Shown here: positions 53,345 to 63,900 of the stretch, piece by piece | How the letters are laid out: every line of letters starts with the position of its first letter | Numbering within the stretch: the stretch's first letter is position 1 | Source of the DNA: Schmidtea polychroa | Lineage: Eukaryota | DNA length: 64,000 nucleotides | Direction of reading: 5' to 3' | Assembly: GCA_044892525.1 (NCBI GenBank) | Contig: CM097885.1 | Coordinates: forward strand, 215,636,001-215,700,000 | Notes under the pieces: generated by a model | What the model saw: only the letters and a program-made list of their open reading frames with translations | What the model was told of the DNA's origin: nothing | The model's database searches: none | Position numbers and translations under genes: made by a program

Positions 53345-53399
53345 ACAATGGGCCAATCATTACCAAATCTTAATTTGAATTTTAAGTCTTCCTGTTGTA

Positions 53400-53787
53400 A
53401 TGGAGAAAATTTGGACGAACCCGGAAGACGAAGCAGGTTTCGGTGGAGTGGCAAAATTAAAGAAAAGAGTTCCGAATTCGAAAAAAGAAACCCAGAAGTG
53501 GTTATCAGATCAACTCGCGTACAGTTTGAACAAACCAATGCAGAAAATATTTCCAACAAGAGCGTATAAAACATATGGAATAAATGATTTATGGCAAATG
53601 GATTTGATGGAGATGATACCTTATTCAAAAATTAACAAAGGGTATAAATATATTTTAACATGTATTGATGTATTCAGCAGGTTTGCACGAGCAATACCAG
53701 TCAAGGCAAAATCTTCAGATGAAATGTCCAAAGCTATTAATATTTTATTTAAAAATGGACATCCTAATAATTTACAAACGGATTTAG

Positions 53788-53830
<43 letters not shown>

Positions 53831-54470
53831 GATTATTATTATTTTAGGTAAAGAATTCTACAACAGTAAAGTTAAGCAAATCCTCGATAAACTGAAAATA
53901 AATCACTATTCGGTACATTCTCAATACAAAGCTGCTCATGTTGAAAGATTTAACAGAACCTTGAGAGAGAGATTAACGAAATTGTTCGTGTATCAAGGTA
54001 ATAAGAAATGGGTATTGGTTTTACCAAAAATTATAACCAGTTATAATAATTCATCACATCGAGGACTTAATGGATTGAGACCAGTTGATGTAAAATCTAA
54101 AATATTTGCTCAACAAGATGTAACAAAAACCAAACCGAAATATAAAGTGGGTGATCATGTTAGAATTAGTAAAATTAGTGCATCACCATTTATTAAAAAT
54201 TTTGATACAAATTGGAGTGATGAAGTCTTTGTAATTTCGAAAATAAATACTAGCCAGAACCCCGTAATGTATGTCATCAAAGATTCTGATAATGACATTG
54301 TACAAGGGAAATTTTATGAGCAAGAATTACAAGTCATTCCTCCCCCAAAAGTATTTAGAATTCAAAAAATATTGAAAACTAAAATGGTAGGTAAGGATAA
54401 ACAATACTATGTCAAATGGCATGGATATAAAAACCCATCATGGATATCGTCTCGAGACCTCGTAAAATGA
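53400..54470 (+). CDS. Retroviral-type DDE integrase with C-terminal chromodomain-like region, 336 aa after removing intron 53788-53847
   Basis: WQMDL, IDVFSRF, LQTDLG|KEFYN and VERFNRTL, plus QYYVKWHGY. The poly-Ile insert in the ORF track is a 60-nt GT-AG intron. Confidence 0.93.
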
Positions 54471-55489
54471 ATTTTTATATTATTTTGCCGAGCAATAGTT
54501 GTCCGAATATACATCCAGAAAACACTGCCAGTAAATTTATGGTCAATTTCCAAAATCCGATTTATTTAAATGGTGAGTGGGAAGTGGCTCTCCTCGACTT
54601 TACATTTGTGTACAATCTCTTTCCAATTTATAGTAAAGCTAAAATTGAATATAAAAAGAAAGAGACGCAAAGAAATATCTCTTTTACCATTGATAATGTA
54701 GAAGATCGAATTGATATATCTAATCCATCAGATTCAATTGTCAAAATGTATATTGATCGTCAATATTTAATAGTTGAATGTAAATATCATCCCTTTACTA
54801 TAAAATTTGATAGTTTAGCAATGGCAAAACGATTGGAATTAACAAGTCAGAGTAATAGAAATCATACTAATATATTCCAAGTACTACGGCCGGGATTTAC
54901 CAAAGTAGCAGCGCGATTTGAAACAATTTCAATGAAAGTTGAGTTTGAAGGTGAAACTGAAAATACATATACGTTTAATGAGAATTTATATATATCTAAA
55001 TTGGAGGAATTACAGTCATATTTAATTCAAAATTGTGGATCAATATTTAAATCATTGGAATTAGTAGACAATACTTTGTTCAAATTCAGTTTGAATACTG
55101 ATATTACTGAAATCACTTTTGATAAAAATCTAATAAAAACATTAGGATTACCAAAAGAAACATATAGTCAAGATGGAAAATTAAATGTAGGTATGAATAA
55201 ACCGAAAATAATTAAACTTCATCATCAAATGTTCATCTATACTAATATTATTGAACCCATAATTGTTGGTGATTCCGCTGTTCCTCTATTGAAATCTATT
55301 TGGGTTGAGAAAAATGAACAAGATGATGTTGTACAAATCAATGTAGAAAATCCCATGTATTTGCATGTTTCAACATCATGTATAAACAATATAGAAATAA
55401 ATATAAGAGATGATTCTGGTCAATTAATCGAATTTGCAAAAGATTCAAAAACTCATTTGACACTACATTTTCGTAAAGTAGATGGCTAA
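54467..55489 (+). CDS. Minor capsid protein (penton-like), about 340 aa
   Basis: N-terminal FYIILPSNS...WEVAL and C-terminal IYTNIIEPIIVGD...PLL...INNIEINIRDDSG...LHFR match the Polinton minor capsid. The start at 54467 overlaps the integrase stop (ATGA). Confidence 0.88.
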   Translation: MNFYIILPSNSCPNIHPENTASKFMVNFQNPIYLNGEWEVALLDFTFVYNLFPIYSKAKIEYKKKETQRNISFTIDNVEDRIDISNPSDSIVKMYIDRQYLIVECKYHPFTIKFDSLAMAKRLELTSQSNRNHTNIFQVLRPGFTKVAARFETISMKVEFEGETENTYTFNENLYISKLEELQSYLIQNCGSIFKSLELVDNTLFKFSLNTDITEITFDKNLIKTLGLPKETYSQDGKLNVGMNKPKIIKLHHQMFIYTNIIEPIIVGDSAVPLLKSIWVEKNEQDDVVQINVENPMYLHVSTSCINNIEINIRDDSGQLIEFAKDSKTHLTLHFRKVDG

Positions 55490-55886
55490 TTCCGATATTA
55501 TTAGTATGTATAGTGGTAGCCAAAGTGGTGGCGAATTACCATATTTTATTGGTAAACAGTACGGAAGTGGGTGGTTGAGAACAATTGGTAGATTTGCGTT
55601 ACCAATTCTGAAACGTATTGGTAATTTCGGCATGAAAACTGCAAAAGATGTAATTATGAATGACAAGAAAATATTACCATCGTTAAAATCAAATGCAATT
55701 GCTGAAATAAGTAAAGTATTACCTGGTATGTTTAATAATAATAAAACTGAACCAGCACCGATACCAGTTGGACCTAAACGTAAATTTGAAAGTGAAATTA
55801 AAACAAGTATGGGAACTAAACGCAAGAGAGGGAGAAGGCATATAAACAAACGAATGAAAGGACACGGAACCATATTTGAAGAATGA
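55482..55886 (+). CDS. pVII-like core protein, 134 aa
   Basis: QSGG and QYGSG glycine motifs, an amphipathic helix and a basic C-terminus; lies immediately before the major capsid gene. Confidence 0.75.
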   Translation: MANSDIISMYSGSQSGGELPYFIGKQYGSGWLRTIGRFALPILKRIGNFGMKTAKDVIMNDKKILPSLKSNAIAEISKVLPGMFNNNKTEPAPIPVGPKRKFESEIKTSMGTKRKRGRRHINKRMKGHGTIFEE

Positions 55887-57109
55887 TTTGCGGTAAATCT
55901 GAATTATGTATATTTGATCGACCATCGCCTCAGGCGGTTATTGAATATGGAGCATTTGAAGATATATTTCCAATGAATTCTATTACCGATAGTAGAAATG
56001 ATGTGGAATTTTACATTAATGGTTCTCAACCAGAATATTTAGATTTGAACGATACTTTGTTGTATGTTCAAATAAAAGTTGTAGATAAAGACAATAAACC
56101 ATTAGCTGCAGATGATGCAACTGAACCTAATAATTTCTTATTTCATACTCTCTTTAAAGATGTTATTCTTGGATTTAATAATATTAAAATTGAGGGTGGA
56201 AACAATACATATGCTCACAAGGCGATTATCGAAACTATTTTAAATTATAATAATGATACTAAAGATACTTGTCTAACTCCAATGGGATATGGTGTATCTG
56301 ATGATCGAAAAAAGTGGATTAAAGGTTCAAAAGCTTTCAACATGTGTTCATCTCTACAATTGGATTTTATGGATCAACCCAAGTATTTACTACCAGGTGT
56401 TAATGTGCATATGAGATTGAAAAGATCTGACTCTGCATTGTCATTATCAACTGGAGTTGCAGGTGCAGCACCTAAATTAATATTACTCGATGCTAAATTA
56501 ATGGTTCGAAGAGTTCGATGTGAATCATCTGTATTAGCTGGACATCAAATTGGATTAAATACAAAACATGCAATTTATCCGATAAAGACAAAGGAAATTG
56601 TATCCTTTGCAATTGCTAAAGGAGCATCATCTTTTTACAAGGAGCAAATATTTGGAGATCGAAGAATGCCTAATTTCATCCTTGTAACGTTTCAAAGTGA
56701 AGCTCAATATAATGGATCTTATGATACATCTTCATCAAAATTCAAACATTTTAGTATAACTTCTCTATCATTATCGAAAAATACTGATTATCGAGAAACT
56801 TATACTCAAGATTTTGATAATGATAATTATTGTACATCATATATGCAAAGTCTTGTCAGAAATTTAGGATATTTAGATAAAAATCTTAATTGTGGTATAA
56901 GTTTGGAAGAATTCAAATCATTCTATCCATTTTTTACATTTGTTCTTGCTCCAGATTTTGATTTAAATCAAAGTCAATTACCTCAAAGTGGAAATTTAAG
57001 ATTGGACATCAAGTTTGGTAAAGCAATTACTGAACCAGTCCATGTAATAATCTATGGAGTTTTTGAAAATGAAATCCAAATTACTACAAATCGAACTGTA
57101 TTAGTATAA
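55883..57109 (+). CDS. Major capsid protein (double jelly-roll, hexon-like), 408 aa
   Basis: CGKSELCIF...VEFYING...YLDLNDTLLYVQIKV N-terminus and ...GNLRLDIKF...VIIYGVFEN C-terminus, characteristic of Polinton/adintovirus MCPs. Confidence 0.9.
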   Translation: MICGKSELCIFDRPSPQAVIEYGAFEDIFPMNSITDSRNDVEFYINGSQPEYLDLNDTLLYVQIKVVDKDNKPLAADDATEPNNFLFHTLFKDVILGFNNIKIEGGNNTYAHKAIIETILNYNNDTKDTCLTPMGYGVSDDRKKWIKGSKAFNMCSSLQLDFMDQPKYLLPGVNVHMRLKRSDSALSLSTGVAGAAPKLILLDAKLMVRRVRCESSVLAGHQIGLNTKHAIYPIKTKEIVSFAIAKGASSFYKEQIFGDRRMPNFILVTFQSEAQYNGSYDTSSSKFKHFSITSLSLSKNTDYRETYTQDFDNDNYCTSYMQSLVRNLGYLDKNLNCGISLEEFKSFYPFFTFVLAPDFDLNQSQLPQSGNLRLDIKFGKAITEPVHVIIYGVFENEIQITTNRTVLV

Positions 57110-57144
57110 ATGAACAAAAATAATAATTAAAGTATTTTATTTTT

Positions 57145-57529
57145 ATGGAGTAAGATTTTTATTTTATAATTTTATTTATTTATTAGTTCTATTCAGGTGT
57201 TTCGAATTGGTACTCAATTATTGGGAAACCAATTTCTTGGAGTTTATCCACTGAATAAAATCCCTTATTTAGATGTTAATCAAGCAATTATTGTCAATAC
57301 TCATACATCTAGTTTAGGAGGTGAACATTGGATTGCTGTTTACAATAAACCAAACCGAGTATATGCATTCGATCCCTTTGGATATTATTACCCAAATTTA
57401 TTAATTAGTAAATTGCAAACTATTGGTAAACCTATTGTATATAATCGAACTCGATATCAACATCCATTTTCAATTACTTGTGGCCAGCATTGTCTTGCAT
57501 GGTTGTTATCAATGTATAATTTTGTTTAA
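57145..57529 (+). CDS. Adenain-like cysteine (maturation) protease, 115 aa, two exons (57145-57149, 57187-57529)
   Basis: GEHW, FDPFG, YQ and TCGQHC catalytic motifs. The ORF has no ATG unless the 37-nt GTAAGA...TTAG intron is removed, which gives MDSIQVFRIG. Confidence 0.85.
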
Positions 57530-57915
57530 TATATATTATTGTAAAAATGTCGTCTTATTAATGAACAATTTTGATAATTAAATTTATTTTAATTTATTAT
57601 TATTATTTTATAAATATTCTTATTATTATTATTTGCAATTAATGTGCAAGTTATTTACAATGACTAGTCATGTTTTACCTTTTTGAAATAGTCACGTAGT
57701 GTCTTTGTTAAACGACAAAGACATCTCATTATTCATGCACATGGCGAGTAGTTGATATACATACCTACACGGTGAGTGCGTAAATGATACACAGTAGTAT
57801 GTATGTGTGTTGTATATATTCCTCGATTCTGATTGGATCGTGAATAAAGTTTGTAATAAACGTGATATATATTCTATGTTTTTCATTTTTTCGTCACTTT
57901 TAGACAAAACTTACA

Positions 57916-58507
57916 ATGAAGAACATTTCAAAAGATATCAAAAGAATGATACAAAGAAACCGAATTGGTAAATTTTGTTTTTTATAATATGTTAATTTAT
58001 AATATATTTTAGCAGATATGAATATTCGTATATCAGCACCTAATCATCCTAAAATTGAAAGCAACAAGAAAAATGGTAAATATTTAAAATATTAAAATAA
58101 TATGTTATGAAATTATTCAGGAACAACTGTAACAATAAATGAATATGACGCAGCTACTCGAAACGAGATGTTGAATGTTGACATCGATGGTAATATTTAT
58201 ATTTATTAATAATTAATTTAATTAATTAATTTAAAAAACAGATGAAATTTATGAAAATATTCAAAAAGAATTTCAAGAACCGAAAAATGTCGGAGAAAAT
58301 GAAAATATATCAAAAAATAATGAAATTATTGAAAACATTCAAAATGAATTTGAAGAAAATATTTTTGATGAAAATGTATCAAAAAATAATGAAATTATTT
58401 ACGATGAAAGATACAATGGAAAACAAAAATGTAAGATTTGATTTATTTATAAAATATTTATTTAAAGTATTTATTCATAAATTTGCTTTTAAGATTATAA
58501 GACTTGA
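57916..58507 (+). CDS. Multi-exon acidic hypothetical protein, about 128 aa (exons 57916-57967, 58013-58075, 58121-58189, 58242-58430, 58494-58507)
   Basis: Successive phase-1 GT-AG introns of 45, 45, 52 and 63 nt keep one frame open. The last intron is optional, since a stop follows 3 codons later if it is retained. Confidence 0.72.
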
Positions 58508-58649
58508 TTGACAATTATAATAAAAAAAAAATAATAATTATTTTTTTGTTAAAAAATAAATGATTTTACTTTTTATTCAATTTCATTTTTATATTTTTAT
58601 TAAAAATTTTTAATAAAAGTTAGTAATATTATTACTATTATTACTATTT

Positions 58650-58691
<42 letters not shown>

Positions 58692-59167
58692 TTATATTTT
58701 TTTTTGCTTAGTTTTATTTAGGATGATTTTATATTATAACTAATATTATAACTAAAAAGGGATTTTTTATCTAAAATATATTTTATTATTAAATGGTGAA
58801 TATAATATATTGAATTTTAGGAGATCATGAATAAATATGTATGATAATAATATTAGTTTAAATAATAATATTAATAATAATAATAATAATTATCATTATT
58901 ATTATTATTTATATTTTAGCTTAGTTTTTATTTAAGTTGATGTTATACATCCTACAATTAATTGTTTTTGATAATATTTGTTTTAAATTAAATATAGCTT
59001 TTTAAGATATGTAATTATTTATTTAAGATATATATATTTTAGAAATATTTTACGATTAAATATATGATATTAGAAATCGTAAAATATTATAACGAAAAAG
59101 ATATTTTATATCGAAAATATATTTTATTGTTAAATGGTAAATATAATATATTGAATTTTAGGAGAAC

Positions 59168-59186
59168 ATGAATAAATATGATGATG

Positions 59187-59239
<53 letters not shown>

Positions 59240-59494
59240 TTAAATTTTAGCTTAGTTTTTTATTTAGGTCGATTTTATACATCCTACTGTAATAATACTT
59301 TTCATAATAACTGTCATTGTCTTATGGAAAAGTATTATTCGCATAAATATAATGGTATCATCTACCAGATATGTCCTACATGCAAAACATTAGACACAAA
59401 AACATATTTCGAATTTTACAAAAAACATTGCAATCATTTAAGACAATTTACAGGTTCGAAAAAAGATTTATTCATCATATTAGTAGGTAGTTAG
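59168..59494 (+). CDS. Hypothetical Cys/His-rich protein with an (AAT)n insert; last of about 3 tandem decaying copies
   Basis: C-x4-H-x2-CHC, CPTC and CNH pattern. Flanking blocks (GAATTTTAGGAGA.CATGAATAAATATG; CTTAGTTTT) repeat at about 58700-58840. Confidence 0.4.
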
Positions 59495-59589
59495 TGGCTT
59501 ACGGCAACAATTACCCCCCCCGGGGGGGGGTTGTTGCAACTTTTTTTTGTTGCCGTAATTTTTTTGTTGCAACTTTTGATTACGCAATT

Positions 59590-60060
59590 TTTCACACTAT
59601 AGTGAGGGGGTCTCGATGGTCCTGGGATTTTCAATACAAAAAAAATTTTTCTATACAAAAATCCGACTACCACTAAAAAAGCATGGAATTTTCAGACTAT
59701 AGTGAGGGGGTCTCGATGGTCCTGGGATTTTCAATACAAATAAAATTTTTTCTATACAAAAACGATGGTCCTGGGATTTTCAATACAAATAAAATTTTTT
59801 CAATACAAAAAGGCGGTCTCACTAAAAAAGCATGGAATTTTCAGACTATAGTGAGGGGGTCTCGATGGTCCTGGGATTTTCAATACAAAAATATTTTTTC
59901 AATACAAAAAGGCGGTCTTCAATAAAAAAGCATGGTAATTTAAGGTCTCAGGATATTTTCAATACAAATAGGCGGTCTACACTAAAAAAGCCAAGGATTT
60001 TTCAGACTATAGTGAGGTGAGTCTCCTTGGACCTGAGAAAAAGGTGGTCTACACTAAAAA
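59590..60060. repeat. Imperfect tandem repeats containing CTATAGTGAGGGGGTCTCGATGGTCCTGGGATTTTCAATACAAA
   Basis: Three full copies plus partial ones, preceded by a GCAACAA-C8/G9-TTGTTGC hairpin at 59504-59537. Confidence 0.88.
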
Positions 60061-60065
60061 CGTGG

Positions 60066-60540
60066 TAAATTTTTCAATTAAAGTAAATAATGGTCCAAAT
60101 TTTAAAATTAAAGTAAATTATGGTTCTAAAAATTAAATTAAAGTAAATTATGGTCCTAAAAATTAAATTAAAGTAAATTAAGGTCCTAAAAATTAAATTA
60201 CAGTAAATAATGGTTCTAAAAAATTAAATTACAGTAAATAATGGTTCTAAAAAATTAAATTACAGTAAATTATGGTCCAAATTTTTCTATTACAGTTAAT
60301 TATGGTCCTAAAAAATTAAATTAAAGTAAATTATGGCTCAAATTTTTCAATTACAGTAAATAATGGTCCTAAAAAATTAAATTACAGTAAATTATGGTCT
60401 AAATTTTTAAATTAAAGTAAATTATGGTCCTAAAAATTAAATTAAAGTAAATTATGGTCCTAAAAAATTAAATTACAGTAAATTATGGCTCAAATTTTTC
60501 AATTAAAGTAAATAATGGTCTAAATTTAAAATTAAGTAAT
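60066..60540. repeat. About 30-bp AT-rich minisatellite (AAATTAAAGTAAATTATGGTCCTAAA), about 15 copies
   Basis: Read directly. Confidence 0.9.
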
Positions 60541-60802
60541 CAATGGTAAAAAATTTTAAATAAGTAAATTAAAGTATTAATTTTTAAATTAAGTAATCAA
60601 TGGTAAAAAATTTTAAATAAGTAAATTAAAGTAATGTAATAAGTAAATTAAAGTAAGATTTTTAAATTTATTAACAAAAAGTTGAAGGTGTTTGAGAATT
60701 GAAATTTTTTAATGGAAATTTTTATGAAATATTTTTTAAGTAATTTTTAATGGAAATTTTTATGAAATAATTTTTCAAAGTCAAATGAAAATTTTAACGA
60801 AA

Positions 60803-60833
<31 letters not shown>

Positions 60834-60930
60834 AATAAAAATAATATATCAACCAAATACATAAAAATGAACTAGACACATAAAACACAAACAATTAACA
60901 AATGTAAAGATATAAAATTTATTCAATAAA

Positions 60931-63900
60931 TTAGTCCTCATCGGACAAAATAACGTCATCGATATCGATGTCATCTTCTTCATTAAATTCTTCCTCATCT
61001 TCTCCATCATTTTCTCCATCATTTTCTGAAACATCTTCTCCATCATTTTCTGAAACATTTTCTGCGACAATTTCTCCAACATTTTCTCCAATATTTAATT
61101 CACTTAATCTTACATGCCCATATGCAAGACTAGCGTTTTTCCCCACCCAAACCCTTTTGTCATCTTTGTTTGTTAGTGCTATTTTTGTGTTTTTAATTGT
61201 AAAAATTTGATGATTTTTGCTTGTTATTTTAGTCTGAGGAACCGAAAAAATCTGGTTAGTGTTATAACAATCCAGGTATGACTGATGTTTTATGTCACTA
61301 CCTTTCAATGTTACACCTTTAGCCTTTTTTGTTTCCTCATCACCCAACAAGCTATAACATTTAGGTCTAAGAAAAACCCACTCCTTATATTTAAGACCTT
61401 TATTCTCGTCTTTGAACTTTCCAATGACTGAATCAAGGTTCTTACTATATAAGGAATGACAACTATTGTAATTGGAAGTATCTAATAAATTATCTCGAAT
61501 CATTGCAGGTAAAAGAACCTCAAGTTTGCAGTTAATGACTTCGAGGAAAAAAGAATCTGTATCACCTGCAACGATATTAATTTTACAATTAAACTCATTG
61601 CGAAATGATTCCAGATCCTTATATTGCAATTCATACATTCTAAGTTTAGATAGATCAAGTACAGATTGACCAATGTAACTCGGTCTATCTAAACATATAG
61701 AATCTGAATTCAATAGTGTTGCAATTAAATTATCAGCTATTTTAATAGATTTTTTAAAAGTCGGTTTTGACGAATATTTAACTAATTTACCTGCAGTTGT
61801 ACAAAGACGAAGATTCATTCTTCTCTTTAAATTTTCAACTGTTTTGCCGTATAAACTGTTATTTAGCAATTTATAATAATTTTTATCTAAGTTATTTACG
61901 CTTTTTGATCTTAATTCGGTATTTGTATCTATATATTTTTTAAAAATTGGTGATTGCTTAAATCTTACACCTCTATTTACACGTGTTACTTTAACACCAA
62001 GTTCTAAATATAATTTTAATAATCTCCAATGAATAACATAATTAGATTTTGGAAGATGAGTTAATAATAATTTTTCAACCTTAGACCCAGCAGGTTTCAT
62101 TTTTTCAGCAGCTACAGGGAAATCATCCAACTTATCATGAAGCTCAGAAGGAATTACAAGATCAACTTCAAGTGTGTATCCATAAGACAAAGATTCAAGA
62201 TTTAAATTCCTACATTCATCCATTATTTTATCAAATCCATTAAGAACCCAACAAAATTCTCCACAAGGTAATGATTGACTTAAAGCCCACCCATAAAGAT
62301 TATTAATATCTATATAAAGTAACTCGGTGTTCTCGTCGGTATTTACGTAATGCTTATTCACAAAAGTAAGACCGCCTCTTATTCCACCCTCATAAAAGCT
62401 AAACATTTCGTTTTCAGTTATGAGTTCAATTGGTTCATTTAAAGACATTAATGCAGAAGACCACGACATGCCTGGAATTCCGAAATAATTCAAAGGCTCT
62501 AATCTATTGTGAGCAATTGATTTCAACCTAAACTGATGAAAGAAATCAGCCAAAAGAAAACAATCAAGTTTTAGGTAGATCATCATATAATCTAATAAAG
62601 TTCTGCAATTAGATTCTACCCAAATCTCCTGAGCTTTTTCATACTCAAGCTCAGTGACACCCTCCCAGATTGGTGGTAATTCATACGTAGTTTGTAGAAC
62701 ATCTAAAGAAGTGGCGAAATTATAAGGGAAGATTCCTTTTTCACATACTATGGTGCCAGAAAAAGCAGAATTAGTAAAAGGCAAAGAATTCAAAGTTTTG
62801 ACTGCTTTAGCCAAAGAATCATTGACAAATTGATATGAATCAATGAATCTTAGGCTAATTTTGCCTAAATGAGCAATCAAAGATATAAATTTTTCCGTAG
62901 TTATTGGGATGCACCCTAAATTCCAATTTTTAAATTTATTTAATCCATATTTAAGTATATGATGCATATCGTATCCCTTCAAGTTGTGAAATACGATGGG
63001 CAAAATTTTATTTATTTTTCTATTTACGTTACATGTGCTACAAGCTGCACCCAAGTATTTGCCCGTAAAATGATCGTGATCTCTAACAGGATCCACGATA
63101 GATTTCAAACAAAGATAACAAACCGTTGAATTAATGAATTGTTGTTGCTCATTTTTAGTTAATTTAATCATTGGTTTCCTACCCATTTTATAATAAAAAG
63201 GAAGAACCTTATTTAATGCTATATCCTCTATAGCACTTAAAAAACTCTCGACGCAATCTAAACCTATGAACTGCTGATAAGATTTAGATCCGTCAAAGTT
63301 ATTTACTAGTAAAAGACCAGCAGATATTGGCATGTGTCGCTGAAAATGATCATTATCACAAGGTAAAATAGCCTCAAAATCGGCATAAACTACGAAAGGA
63401 GGAGTTACTGTTTTCGACCAGTCAGTAAACTGTAAGAATTTATTTTGAGGGAAAGTATAAAGAGTAGTTCCTAATTGCTTGCGTTTGCATAATATTTCAT
63501 GTTTTTCTAGTGCGTTTCTATTGTTAAAACCATTCAAACAACGATGACACCATATTGATCGTATGCGTGTAGGACAACTAGTGTTTATGCTGCAATTCAG
63601 TAACCTATTTAAATTGCTTATAGCAATGTAATGGAAATTGTTCCCTTTATTTAATAAAAGTAAATTAATTACTGTTCCATTTAAAACTTTTGAACGATGT
63701 ATAATGTCTAAATGGGGGTGTTTTAAAACGTAATTATCTATTAATTGTTTGTTATGGTCATAAGTAAAAACATTAATTATTAAACCAGGATTTTTGGCCT
63801 CGAATTTTCTAATATCTTTTAATTTCATTGGTAAGTCTAATGGATTATATATTAACTCAGATAAATTATAACTGGATGTTCTATTTCTATATTGGCTAAT

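Noticed and set aside
53788-53847. Poly-Ile transmembrane segment in the integrase
   Set aside because: It is better explained as a GT-AG intron whose removal restores TDLGKEFYN.
51697-55925. Antisense or alternate-frame ORFs 51697..52080, 53113..53628, 53348..53569, 55463..55873 and 55719..55925
   Set aside because: They are shadows of well-supported genes on the other strand or frame, with no motifs of their own.
59491-60020. Four short ORFs in the repeat block
   Set aside because: They are translations of tandem repeats.
60849-61210. Met/Lys-rich ORF 60849..61091 and Ser-rich ORF 60968..61210
   Set aside because: They are alternate-frame and antisense readings of the PolB 12-bp-repeat tail.
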